A stretch of DNA of 64,000 nt from positions 37,269 through 101,268 of IMG/VR virus record IMGVR_UViG_3300000101_000008; one strand, given 5' to 3'. Position 1 is the first letter of the stretch, and the number at the start of each line of letters is the position of its first letter. A model generated the notes under the pieces. The model was not told where the DNA came from. It did not search any database and saw only the letters and a list, made by a program, of their open reading frames with translations. Made by a program: the position numbers and the translations under genes. This DNA is from a virus. Below, piece by piece: positions 56,564 to 64,000 of the stretch.

Positions 56564-57339
56564 GAATTATAGCAGGACCTTGTCAACACGAATCGTTGCC
56601 ACAAAGTTTAGAGATTGCTAAAGAGTGTAAACGTGTATGCGACAAGTATGGTATTGAGTATTACTTCAAAGCAAGTTACGACAAAGCCAATCGTTCAAGC
56701 GAAAGTGGTATTCGTGGTCTAGGATTAGAAACAACGCTACTAGACTTCCTAGCACTTAAAGTAGAGCTAGGTGTAAAGACACTAACTGACGTACACGACT
56801 ATGTACAAGTTGCACGTATTGAACGAGAATTTAGAGATGCAGTTGATGTCTATCAGATACCTGCATTCTTGTGTAGACAGACTGACTTGATCAAAGCGGC
56901 TTGTGCTACAGATAAAATTGTTAATATTAAAAAAGGTCAGTTTATGGCACCTTGGGATATGAAAGGTGTGCTAAGTAAAACTGAAGAAGCAAAAGAAGTT
57001 TGGATTACTGAAAGGGGAACTAGTTTTGGCTATAACAATCTTGTCGTTGACTATACTGGTCTTATGTATATGCTCGACAATTATGAACATGATGTTATTT
57101 TTGATTGTACGCACTCTGCCCAAAAACCCGGAGGACAAGGTACTAGCTCAGGTGGCAATCGTAATTACGTGCCTGGGTTGGCTCGTAGCGGGAGTGCTCT
57201 TGGGGTCCGGAATTTTTTCTTGGAAGTCCATCCTAACCCTGATGTAGCACCAAGCGATGGTCCTAATATGCTACGCTTACAAGACTTTGAACAAGTAGTA
57301 AAAGATATTGTAGCATACAGTTATGGTTGGTATGAATGA
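56560..57339 (+). CDS. kdsA: 3-deoxy-D-manno-octulosonate 8-phosphate (Kdo8P) synthase
   Basis: IAGPC, KASYDKANRS, QIPAFLCRQTDL, NIKKGQF, ERGTSFGY, DCTHS, SDGPN. Confidence 0.95.
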   Translation: MRIIAGPCQHESLPQSLEIAKECKRVCDKYGIEYYFKASYDKANRSSESGIRGLGLETTLLDFLALKVELGVKTLTDVHDYVQVARIEREFRDAVDVYQIPAFLCRQTDLIKAACATDKIVNIKKGQFMAPWDMKGVLSKTEEAKEVWITERGTSFGYNNLVVDYTGLMYMLDNYEHDVIFDCTHSAQKPGGQGTSSGGNRNYVPGLARSGSALGVRNFFLEVHPNPDVAPSDGPNMLRLQDFEQVVKDIVAYSYGWYE

Positions 57340-58016
57340 AAACTGCAATACTAATTCCTGCACGTTACGGTAGCACACGCTTACCTGGAAAGCCATTGTG
57401 TATGTTAGATGGTGTGCCTATGATAAAACGTGTGTATGACGCTTGTATTGCGTCTAAGATACCAACATACGTGCTTACTGATGATCCACGCATTGCTAGT
57501 GTATTTCAAAACACAAGTGTTATTATAGATGACACAGACTATGCAAATGGCACTGAAAGATGTGCAGGTGCAATCAAACTAGACTATATGCAGAAGTATA
57601 ATAAGTTTATAAATGTACAAGGTGATATGCCTGATGTAACATTGCAGATGATAGAACGCTGTGTAGAATGGTTACAATATTATCCTGTTAGTACAGTGTT
57701 TACAAACATGCCCGAAGACAAACAAAACGATCCTAACTCAGTTAAGATGGTTAGAGCAGGTGATCAAGCATTGTGGTTTGGCAGAGGGATGACAGGTTAC
57801 GGAGAATGGCATTTAGGCGTTTATGGCTACAAACGCAACTCGCTAGAAATGTATCCTAACTTAATTGTAGAACGCGAAGAAGAAATTGAAAAACTGGAAC
57901 AGCTTCGGTGGCTCAAAAACGGTTGGCAAATTGGCTGTTCTAGTGTATACTATAATGGAGTAGAGATAAATTCACCAAAGGACATTGTTACATGGCATAT
58001 CAAGAATTCCCAGTAA
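57336..58016 (+). CDS. kdsB: CMP-Kdo synthetase
   Basis: IPARYGSTRLPGKPL, GTERC, INVQGD, HLGVYGY, EKLEQLR. Confidence 0.93.
   Translation: MKTAILIPARYGSTRLPGKPLCMLDGVPMIKRVYDACIASKIPTYVLTDDPRIASVFQNTSVIIDDTDYANGTERCAGAIKLDYMQKYNKFINVQGDMPDVTLQMIERCVEWLQYYPVSTVFTNMPEDKQNDPNSVKMVRAGDQALWFGRGMTGYGEWHLGVYGYKRNSLEMYPNLIVEREEEIEKLEQLRWLKNGWQIGCSSVYYNGVEINSPKDIVTWHIKNSQ
57923..57951 (+). promoter_or_regulatory. Sigma70-type promoter TTGGCA-N17-TATACT inside the kdsB 3' end
   Basis: Motif and spacing; upstream of the replication-accessory ORF at 57992. Confidence 0.5.
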
Positions 58017-58447
58017 GAGAAGTATTAGCATGTATAGATACAAATGCAAAAAGCATTTGGCCTGAGCTTACTGATGAACAAAAGAAGTGTGTTAACTTTT
58101 GGCTATTGAATAGATATGCAAGTTCAGTAGTTGGCTCAAGAGAAGCACAAGAGCTTGCTGTTGTTATGACTAACCAAATCTATAATAAGAATTGGAATGT
58201 GTTAGCAACAAGACATCCGCAACTGCAATGGCAACTATTATGTTCAACACACAATGCATCTGCATCAATTAGAAAACATCAATGGATAGGATTTAAGAAA
58301 AAGAAAGGCAATAACAATGCTATAAAACTTTTAGAAAAAATATATCCTAACATGAAACAAGACGAGGTAGAATTACTTGCTAGATTATCTACAAAAAAAG
58401 AACTCAAAGAACTTGCAAAGGATCACGAAATTGACGTCAAGCTCTGA
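57992..58447 (+). CDS. Probable clamp-loader small subunit (T4 gp62-like)
   Basis: FWLLNRYAS...HPQLQWQLL...WIGFKKK...LEKIYP pattern resembles gp62 family proteins. Confidence 0.5.
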   Translation: MAYQEFPVREVLACIDTNAKSIWPELTDEQKKCVNFWLLNRYASSVVGSREAQELAVVMTNQIYNKNWNVLATRHPQLQWQLLCSTHNASASIRKHQWIGFKKKKGNNNAIKLLEKIYPNMKQDEVELLARLSTKKELKELAKDHEIDVKL

Positions 58448-59126
58448 GAAGCCATACAAGTGTGAGTATTGTGGCAACAGCTATATGCGAGAAAAAACTC
58501 TTGCGGCGCACATGTGTGAAAAGAAAAGACGTGCATTACAAAAAGATGAGAAACGTGTACGCTATGGCTTTTATGCTTTTGGTAGATTTTATAAACTAAG
58601 TGCAGGTACAAAGAAAGAAAAGACATATGAAGATTTTTGTGCTAGTCCCTATTACAATGCTTTTGTTAAGTTTGGGAGTTTTCTTAATAACGTCAAACCC
58701 TTATATCCTGAGAAGTATATCGATTATGTTGTTACAAGCGGTGTCAAATTAGATCACTGGGCTAAAGACGAACTGTATGAAAAATATGCATTACAATTTA
58801 TATTAAAAGAAGATGTAACTACTGCACTAGAGCGTAGTGTTCAAACAATGATGGAATGGGCAAGTGAAAACGAGCCAGCGGCATGGAATCATTATTTTAA
58901 TTACATTAGTTTAAATAGAGCAGTATGGAATATCAGAGATGGAAAGATAAGTCCGTGGTTGATACTAAATTGTAAGAGTGGAAAAGAAATGTTAAGTAAG
59001 TTCAATGATGAACAACTTAAAATGGTATATAATGTAATTGAACCACAGCACTGGGCAATGAGATTTAAAAGACAACCTAACGATGCCCAACTAGCAAAAG
59101 ATGTTGCTAAAGAAAGTAATTTATGA
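58431..59126 (+). CDS. C2H2/C2HC zinc-finger protein, possibly a helicase-loader (gp59)-like factor
   Basis: YKCEYCGNSYMREKTLAAHMC finger; probable TTG start at 58431; the gp59 similarity is weak and positional. Confidence 0.5.
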   Translation: MTSSSEKPYKCEYCGNSYMREKTLAAHMCEKKRRALQKDEKRVRYGFYAFGRFYKLSAGTKKEKTYEDFCASPYYNAFVKFGSFLNNVKPLYPEKYIDYVVTSGVKLDHWAKDELYEKYALQFILKEDVTTALERSVQTMMEWASENEPAAWNHYFNYISLNRAVWNIRDGKISPWLILNCKSGKEMLSKFNDEQLKMVYNVIEPQHWAMRFKRQPNDAQLAKDVAKESNL

Positions 59127-59314
59127 GAAAACTATTAGACGGAACTGAAGTAGCCGACGAATTAGAAGCAGACAAACTTGAAGTATATACTAAGTGTCCT
59201 ACAAAGTATAAACTAGTAGATATGGAAACAGGTGACGAGTATATGGGACTACCGTTTGGTACAAGACACCCTAGCGGACTGTATGATGTATACTGGCAGA
59301 AGATAGACAAATGA
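59123..59314 (+). CDS. Hypothetical protein
   Basis: 63 aa, ATGA-type coupling on both sides; TKCPTKYKLVDMETG motif. Confidence 0.6.
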   Translation: MRKLLDGTEVADELEADKLEVYTKCPTKYKLVDMETGDEYMGLPFGTRHPSGLYDVYWQKIDK

Positions 59315-59847
59315 TACAAGTAATAGAAAACTTTTTACCAGCAGACGAATTTAAAAAATTACGAGATGAATTATTGTCTCCTGAGTTCCCTTGGTACATT
59401 ACACCTGATGTAGCATTTGGACACAAAGACAATCAACCTCATGTAGAACGTTGTGATGATATTTACAACTGGCAACTTATACATAATTTTTATAATACAC
59501 CAGGAACAATGAGCGAAGCAATTAAACTTATGAATCCTGTACTTGAAACAATCAAAGCAAACGTACTACTACGCATTAAAGCAAACCTTACACCTAGAGC
59601 AGATGCAATAGTAGAACACGGTATGCATGTAGATGTAATGCCTCCGATTGACAATGTTACCACAGGTGTGTTATACTTAAACACAAACAACGGCTATACA
59701 GCATTTGAAGATGGACAACAAATACCTAGTATTGAAAATACATTTGTAACTTTTCCTTGTACGTGGAAACACACAGGTACAACTTGCACAGATGAAAAGT
59801 ATAGAGCGTTAATAAATTTTAACTACATAAAGGTTGACGATGCCTGA
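59311..59847 (+). CDS. 2OG-Fe(II) oxygenase
   Basis: RIKANL, HVD (HxD), YLNTNNGYT, HTG, RALINFNY. Confidence 0.82.
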   Translation: MIQVIENFLPADEFKKLRDELLSPEFPWYITPDVAFGHKDNQPHVERCDDIYNWQLIHNFYNTPGTMSEAIKLMNPVLETIKANVLLRIKANLTPRADAIVEHGMHVDVMPPIDNVTTGVLYLNTNNGYTAFEDGQQIPSIENTFVTFPCTWKHTGTTCTDEKYRALINFNYIKVDDA

Positions 59848-60406
59848 TATTGATATTGACTTTGCAGACAGAGATATTATCTTAACTAAGATACAACACC
59901 GTGTGGCAAAACTTAATACAGGTAAAAAGCACAACACAGGTGTGTATGTAACTGAGGTTCCACACAATCCTGTAGACAACTTGACTACAATAGAACACAA
60001 GACTGCGGAAGAACGCGGCTACTTTAAACTAGACTTTCTTAACGTAAGCATATACAAAGATGTTAAGAACGAACAACACTTAATAGATCTAATGAAGAAA
60101 GAACCAATATGGCAACTACTGGAACACAAGGACTTCGTCGACAAAGTATTTCATCTAAGCGGGCACGACAGTCTGTTAAAGCAATTGAAGCCTACTTCGG
60201 TTGTGCAATTGGCGGCTACACTGGCAATCATACGTCCGGCCAAGAAATACCTAGCAAACGAAAGTTGGGAAAAGATACACGAAGAAGTTTGGCAAAAGCC
60301 GACTAATGGTGAATACTTTTTTAAGAAAGCACACGCATACGCCTACGCACAAAGTGTTGTGGTTCATATGAATCTATTATGTGAGATGCTTGAAAGCGAA
60401 TCTTAA
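59840..60406 (+). CDS. Minimal DnaE (Pol III alpha, family C) palm/fingers-like protein
   Basis: PDIDIDF, KHNTGVYV, GYFKLDFLNV, LAIIRPA and FKKAHAYAYA are collinear with DnaE motifs PDxDxDF, HAxGV, KxDxL, RPG and FNKSH-x-x-AY. Confidence 0.8.
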   Translation: MPDIDIDFADRDIILTKIQHRVAKLNTGKKHNTGVYVTEVPHNPVDNLTTIEHKTAEERGYFKLDFLNVSIYKDVKNEQHLIDLMKKEPIWQLLEHKDFVDKVFHLSGHDSLLKQLKPTSVVQLAATLAIIRPAKKYLANESWEKIHEEVWQKPTNGEYFFKKAHAYAYAQSVVVHMNLLCEMLESES

Positions 60407-60717
60407 AATATATTATCTTCGCTAACTTCGCCAGGTACTACTTTACCATCGACTGTAGTTTGGCCACCTTTGACTGAACGAGGAACAACTACAAATTCTA
60501 TTTCATGCTCCTCTACTTCTTTAGGAGGTTCAGGAACATATTCTTCCAATGCTTCCATACCAAGTGCTACATAGAATACACCCATCTTAGGATCTACACA
60601 GAATGCCGCCGGCGTTCCTAAATGAGGATGAAGAACAATCTTCTTACACTCGCCTTCATAGAACTTGCCCTTGTCTGCATAGTCGCATTTAAATGTTTGT
60701 CCAAGCCACTTACCCAT
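60403..60717 (-). CDS. Hypothetical protein
   Basis: 104 aa, AAGGAG RBS on the minus strand. Confidence 0.6.
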   Translation of the reverse strand: MGKWLGQTFKCDYADKGKFYEGECKKIVLHPHLGTPAAFCVDPKMGVFYVALGMEALEEYVPEPPKEVEEHEIEFVVVPRSVKGGQTTVDGKVVPGEVSEDNIF

Positions 60718-60726
60718 GATATCTCC

Positions 60727-61095
60727 TTACTTAGGTTTCTTAACCAGTTGTACTGATTTGCGCTTAACTCTTTTTATAGTTAGGTTGTTTAAGTTTACAC
60801 AAGGACCTATGGTTACTTTTACATCTTTGCTGTTCATTGTTTGAATAGCATAACGGAAGTATTCCATTTCTTTACGCAAAAAGATATTAATAGGAATCAT
60901 TCTATTTGATTCCCACCACCATACATCTCCCATTTCAAGTAATTTTTTCTTTTCGACTTCTGATTTTAAGTTGGTGTATACGTACATCGATGTAACGTAT
61001 TGATCTTGATTTATAATTATACCAACGTATTCGTTTCCACCATAATGGACAACACTGATAAATGGGAAGTTATTTTCTATATCTTTTAATAGCAT
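60727..61095 (-). CDS. Hypothetical protein
   Basis: MLLKDIENNFPFIS...EYVGIIINQD...WWWESNRMIPINIFL; likely start 61095, with a minus-strand TAAATA at 61132-61137. Confidence 0.65.
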   Translation of the reverse strand: MLLKDIENNFPFISVVHYGGNEYVGIIINQDQYVTSMYVYTNLKSEVEKKKLLEMGDVWWWESNRMIPINIFLRKEMEYFRYAIQTMNSKDVKVTIGPCVNLNNLTIKRVKRKSVQLVKKPK

Positions 61096-61116
61096 GTTTT
61101 TCCGATAAATACTTTT

Positions 61117-61911
61117 ATGCAAACTTTAAGATATTTAGCACCAAATAGAATCGAGGTCCTAGCAAATGAAGCAGGACACGTTACGGAGTATAGACCAGTG
61201 TATAGCAGACAGTTAAATGTATATAGAGGCATAGATAATGTGCTTGAATTTAAATTACTAAACCCAGACCAAAAACCATTAGATGTAGATAGATACACAC
61301 CTAAGTTTGTTGCGTTTGATGAAAACAATGTACAAGTACTTTCGTATGAAGGTGTTAACTTACAAGAGGGTGATAGTACTGCATATACTAAAAAAGGTTT
61401 GTTTAAAGTTACAGTTACAGAAAACGATCTATTAAACGTAAAAGATCAGTTCTTAACATATAACATATATCTAATTGACTTCGATGGTACTAACGTATTA
61501 ACATATGCTAACGAATGGTTTGATGCTACAGGTATTATAAATGTTAAGAGTCATGCGTTTCCAGGACCAGTTGAAACAAAGTCTATAAAGACACTTGCTA
61601 AACTTACATCTAATGCTACAGAATGGCACAGTAGAGATACAGTAGATGCACAGCCAGGTATTAACGGTAATGAAGCATTACATACAGCAGTTGTATACAC
61701 AGACGGATACGAAGGTGATATTGTAGTACAAGCAACACTTGATGATCAGGTAACAGACTATACGCCTTGGGCTGATGTAAAACAAGTAGCATTCACAGGT
61801 GCTGAAACAGAACCAACACCAATAAACTTTAACGGTGTATTTTCATACATACGTTTCAAAAGTACAGCAGATCCAACAAACAAAATATCTAAAATACTCG
61901 TTCGAAACTGA
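61117..61911 (+). CDS. Late hypothetical protein, probably structural (Ig/BppU-like beta domains)
   Basis: VYRGIDNVLEFKLLNPDQKP; TAAATA at 61106-61111, 5 nt before the ATG. Confidence 0.55.
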   Translation: MQTLRYLAPNRIEVLANEAGHVTEYRPVYSRQLNVYRGIDNVLEFKLLNPDQKPLDVDRYTPKFVAFDENNVQVLSYEGVNLQEGDSTAYTKKGLFKVTVTENDLLNVKDQFLTYNIYLIDFDGTNVLTYANEWFDATGIINVKSHAFPGPVETKSIKTLAKLTSNATEWHSRDTVDAQPGINGNEALHTAVVYTDGYEGDIVVQATLDDQVTDYTPWADVKQVAFTGAETEPTPINFNGVFSYIRFKSTADPTNKISKILVRN

Positions 61912-61940
61912 TTGACATTACTTTAAATCTCTGCTATAAT
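61912..61940 (+). promoter_or_regulatory. Consensus sigma70 promoter TTGACA-N17-TATAAT (extended TG), 6 nt before primase ATG
   Basis: Perfect -35 and -10 hexamers; no RBS. Confidence 0.85.
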
Positions 61941-61946
61941 AATAGT

Positions 61947-62930
61947 ATGAGTGTAGTAAACGATACAGTTCTGACATACTTGCCGTCTAAGCGGAAACAA
62001 ACGCCTAGTGGCTGGATATCTTTTAATGCTACGTGTTGCCATCACAATGGTCACGCCGCAGACACTCGAGGACGTGGTGGCTTAATAAGCAACCCAGATG
62101 GAGGCGTAAGTTATCATTGCTTTAACTGCGGCTTCAAAGCATCCTGGCAACCGGGCAGGTCTTTCTCACATAAACTGCGTAAACTTCTCCAATGGATGGG
62201 AGCGCCTGATGACGTAGTCAACAAGGTGGCATTAGAAGTGATGAGAGAGAATGAAGGTGTTGAAGCAAAAACGTTAATAGCGCAACTGCCGACATTCAAT
62301 ACTGTTCCGTTGCCAGATGATGCGATTAAGATAACAGACATAACAGACTTCAACAAGTACAGCATGGCAGTACTTGAATACATGGCCGCTCGTGGATTAA
62401 ACACAGATGACACAAACTATTACTGGAGCCCCAGCTTAGGGTATCGTGATAGATTGATCATACCCTTCTACTTTGAAGGTAGGGTAGTAGGTTGGACTGG
62501 TCGTAGTGTCAACCCAGACAAGAAGCCCAAGTACTTAACTGAGGTACAACCTGGATACGTATACGGACTAGACGAACAGGGCTATGCTAAATCCTTTGCT
62601 ATATTGTGTGAGGGTCAGATAGACGCTATACACATACAAGGTACAGCACTGGGTGGGTCAGAGATAAATGACCAACAGTCTATGCTACTCAACAGATTGC
62701 AGAAGCAAATCATAGTATGCCCTGACAGAGATAAAGCAGGGTCCAAACTTGTAGAGCAAGCAATCGACCTAGGGTGGAGTGTAAGTATGCCCGAATGGAC
62801 AGAAGACATCTGTGATATAGGCGAAGCAGTAGAACGCTATGGTAGACTGTATACATTGTACAGCATAGCAAATACAGCAGAAGATAGCCCACTTAAAATA
62901 AGACTTAGAGCAAAGAAATGGTTTGCCTAA
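61947..62930 (+). CDS. gp61: DNA primase (T4 gp61 / DnaG-like)
   Basis: Zn-binding CCHH...YHCFNCG, RLIIPF, GWTGR, PKYL, TOPRIM CEGQIDA and PDRD. Confidence 0.9.
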   Translation: MSVVNDTVLTYLPSKRKQTPSGWISFNATCCHHNGHAADTRGRGGLISNPDGGVSYHCFNCGFKASWQPGRSFSHKLRKLLQWMGAPDDVVNKVALEVMRENEGVEAKTLIAQLPTFNTVPLPDDAIKITDITDFNKYSMAVLEYMAARGLNTDDTNYYWSPSLGYRDRLIIPFYFEGRVVGWTGRSVNPDKKPKYLTEVQPGYVYGLDEQGYAKSFAILCEGQIDAIHIQGTALGGSEINDQQSMLLNRLQKQIIVCPDRDKAGSKLVEQAIDLGWSVSMPEWTEDICDIGEAVERYGRLYTLYSIANTAEDSPLKIRLRAKKWFA

Positions 62931-62937
62931 ATATAGA

Positions 62938-62966
62938 TTGACAACTAACGTAGTAGGATATATAGT
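62938..62966 (+). promoter_or_regulatory. Sigma70-type promoter TTGACA-N17-TATAGT, 6 nt before helicase ATG
   Basis: Motif and spacing read directly. Confidence 0.75.
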
Positions 62967-62972
62967 ACACAT

Positions 62973-64000
62973 ATGACAACAAGACAAAACACAGACTATG
63001 GTTATGATATACAGAAAGTATATCTAGAGATGATGCTATCGGACGCTGAGAGCTTTGTACGCTGTCAGGCAGTATTTGATCCAGATAGTTTTGACAGAAG
63101 ACTAAAAGCACCAGCAGAGTTTCTTAACAATTATGTTAGTGAACACAATGCATTGCCTACACTTGATATGATCAATGCGGCAACTGATGTTAAATTAAAA
63201 GACGTAGGCGAACTACAAGAGAATCATTATGATTGGTTACTTGCAGAGTTTGAAACGTTTAGTAAACACAAAGCACTAGAGGCGGCGATCTTAAAGAGTG
63301 CTGACTTACTAGAGAATGGTGACTATGGACAGTGTGAAGACTTGGTCAAGAAGGCTGTACAGATTGGCTTACAAAAAGACTTGGGTACAAACTACTGGGC
63401 AGATCCAAGAGCAAGACTAGAAGGCATCAAGAGTACAAACGGACAGGTAAGCACAGGTTGGCCAGCTATGGACAAGAAATTGTTTGGTGGCTTCAACAGA
63501 GGCGAGCTTAACATCTTTGCAGGTGGTTCGGGTGCAGGTAAGAGTTTGTTCTTAGCAAACATTGGTGTTAACATGGCCGAGAAAGGTCTTAACGTGATCT
63601 ACTTGACACTAGAGCTTGCAGAGAGTCTAGTTAGTATGAGACTTGATAGTATGACCACAGGCATTCCAAGTCGTGATGTGTTTAAGAGCATTGACGATGT
63701 TGAAATGAAAGTTAAGATGATTGGCAAGAAGAGCGGTAAGTTCCAAGTCAAGTATATGCCTAGTGGTAAGACAGCAAATGATGTACGTAGTTACATTAAA
63801 GAGTATGAGATTAAAACAGGTACTAAGGTAGACTGTTTGTTGATTGACTACTTAGACTTGTTGATGCCAGCAAGCACAAAGGTAAGTGCAGAGAACTTGT
63901 TTGTCAAAGACAAGTACGTAAGTGAAGAACTACGTAACCTAGCAATGGAATTGAACACAGTGTTTGTTACAGCGGCACAGTTGAATCGTGGTGCTGTTGA
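62973..64000 (+). CDS. gp41: Replicative DnaB-like helicase (T4 gp41), 3'-truncated; absent from the ORF track
   Basis: Manual translation: MTTRQNTDYGYDIQKVYL...STGWPAMDKKLFGGFNRGELNIFAGGSGAGKSLFL...YLTLEL...LIDYLDL...TAAQLNRG. Confidence 0.92.
   Translation, partial: MTTRQNTDYGYDIQKVYLEMMLSDAESFVRCQAVFDPDSFDRRLKAPAEFLNNYVSEHNALPTLDMINAATDVKLKDVGELQENHYDWLLAEFETFSKHKALEAAILKSADLLENGDYGQCEDLVKKAVQIGLQKDLGTNYWADPRARLEGIKSTNGQVSTGWPAMDKKLFGGFNRGELNIFAGGSGAGKSLFLANIGVNMAEKGLNVIYLTLELAESLVSMRLDSMTTGIPSRDVFKSIDDVEMKVKMIGKKSGKFQVKYMPSGKTANDVRSYIKEYEIKTGTKVDCLLIDYLDLLMPASTKVSAENLFVKDKYVSEELRNLAMELNTVFVTAAQLNRGAV

Noticed and set aside
41515-58016. Bacterial LPS/capsule locus from host contamination or a prophage boundary
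   Set aside because: The genes are interleaved with uvsY/uvsW, share the phage codon style and TAAATA promoters, and no bacterial housekeeping synteny or integrase is present.
1-64000. Stop-codon recoding, tRNA genes, CRISPR arrays, introns or inteins in terminase/UvsX/UvsW/helicase
   Set aside because: Coding density is near complete under the standard code with all three stops in use, intergenic gaps are short with no cloverleaf or repeat-spacer pattern, and the core genes have normal lengths without insertions.

Overview
A gene-dense, AT-rich 64-kb segment of a large T4-like (contractile-tailed) dsDNA phage, probably environmental or marine. It uses the standard genetic code, and I see no tRNA, CRISPR array, integrase or transposase. 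Layout: (1) 1-20.5 kb: virion appendage region with a giant fibre/baseplate protein (5'-truncated) carrying phycobiliprotein-like C-x-R-D repeats, an S74-chaperoned fibre, three tandem paralogous Gly/Trp-rich propeller-like proteins, a U32-family Fe-S enzyme plus SAM methyltransferase, a subtilisin and a cupredoxin-tipped fibre. (2) 21-38.5 kb: morphogenesis genes gp15, gp14, gp13, sheath gp18, tube gp19, gp4, terminase and acidic head/internal proteins. (3) 38.7-41.5 kb: gp32-uvsX-uvsY. (4) 41.5-50.6 kb: a ten-gene glycan synthesis/modification island (KpsS/KpsC-like and DxD glycosyltransferases, FkbM methyltransferase, HAD protein, cytidylyltransferase-cupin). (5) 50.6-64 kb: uvsW, a degenerate Hint-like protein, a YhhQ-type queuosine-precursor transporter, 2OG-Fe(II) oxygenases, kdsA-kdsB, a roughly 188-aa thumb-less DnaE-like palm protein, primase and a 3'-truncated DnaB/gp41 helicase. 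Non-coding signals: a TAAATA late-promoter motif and sigma70-type promoters that often sit only 4-6 nt before the ATG (leaderless mRNAs), and strong avoidance of GCWGC at Ala-Ala codon pairs. Best candidates for undescribed systems: the triple-propeller + U32 + methyltransferase module, the phycobilin-site-like repeat virion protein, the minimal DnaE, and a late-expressed CMP-Kdo glycosylation pathway. All product calls come from motif recognition by eye; no database search was run.
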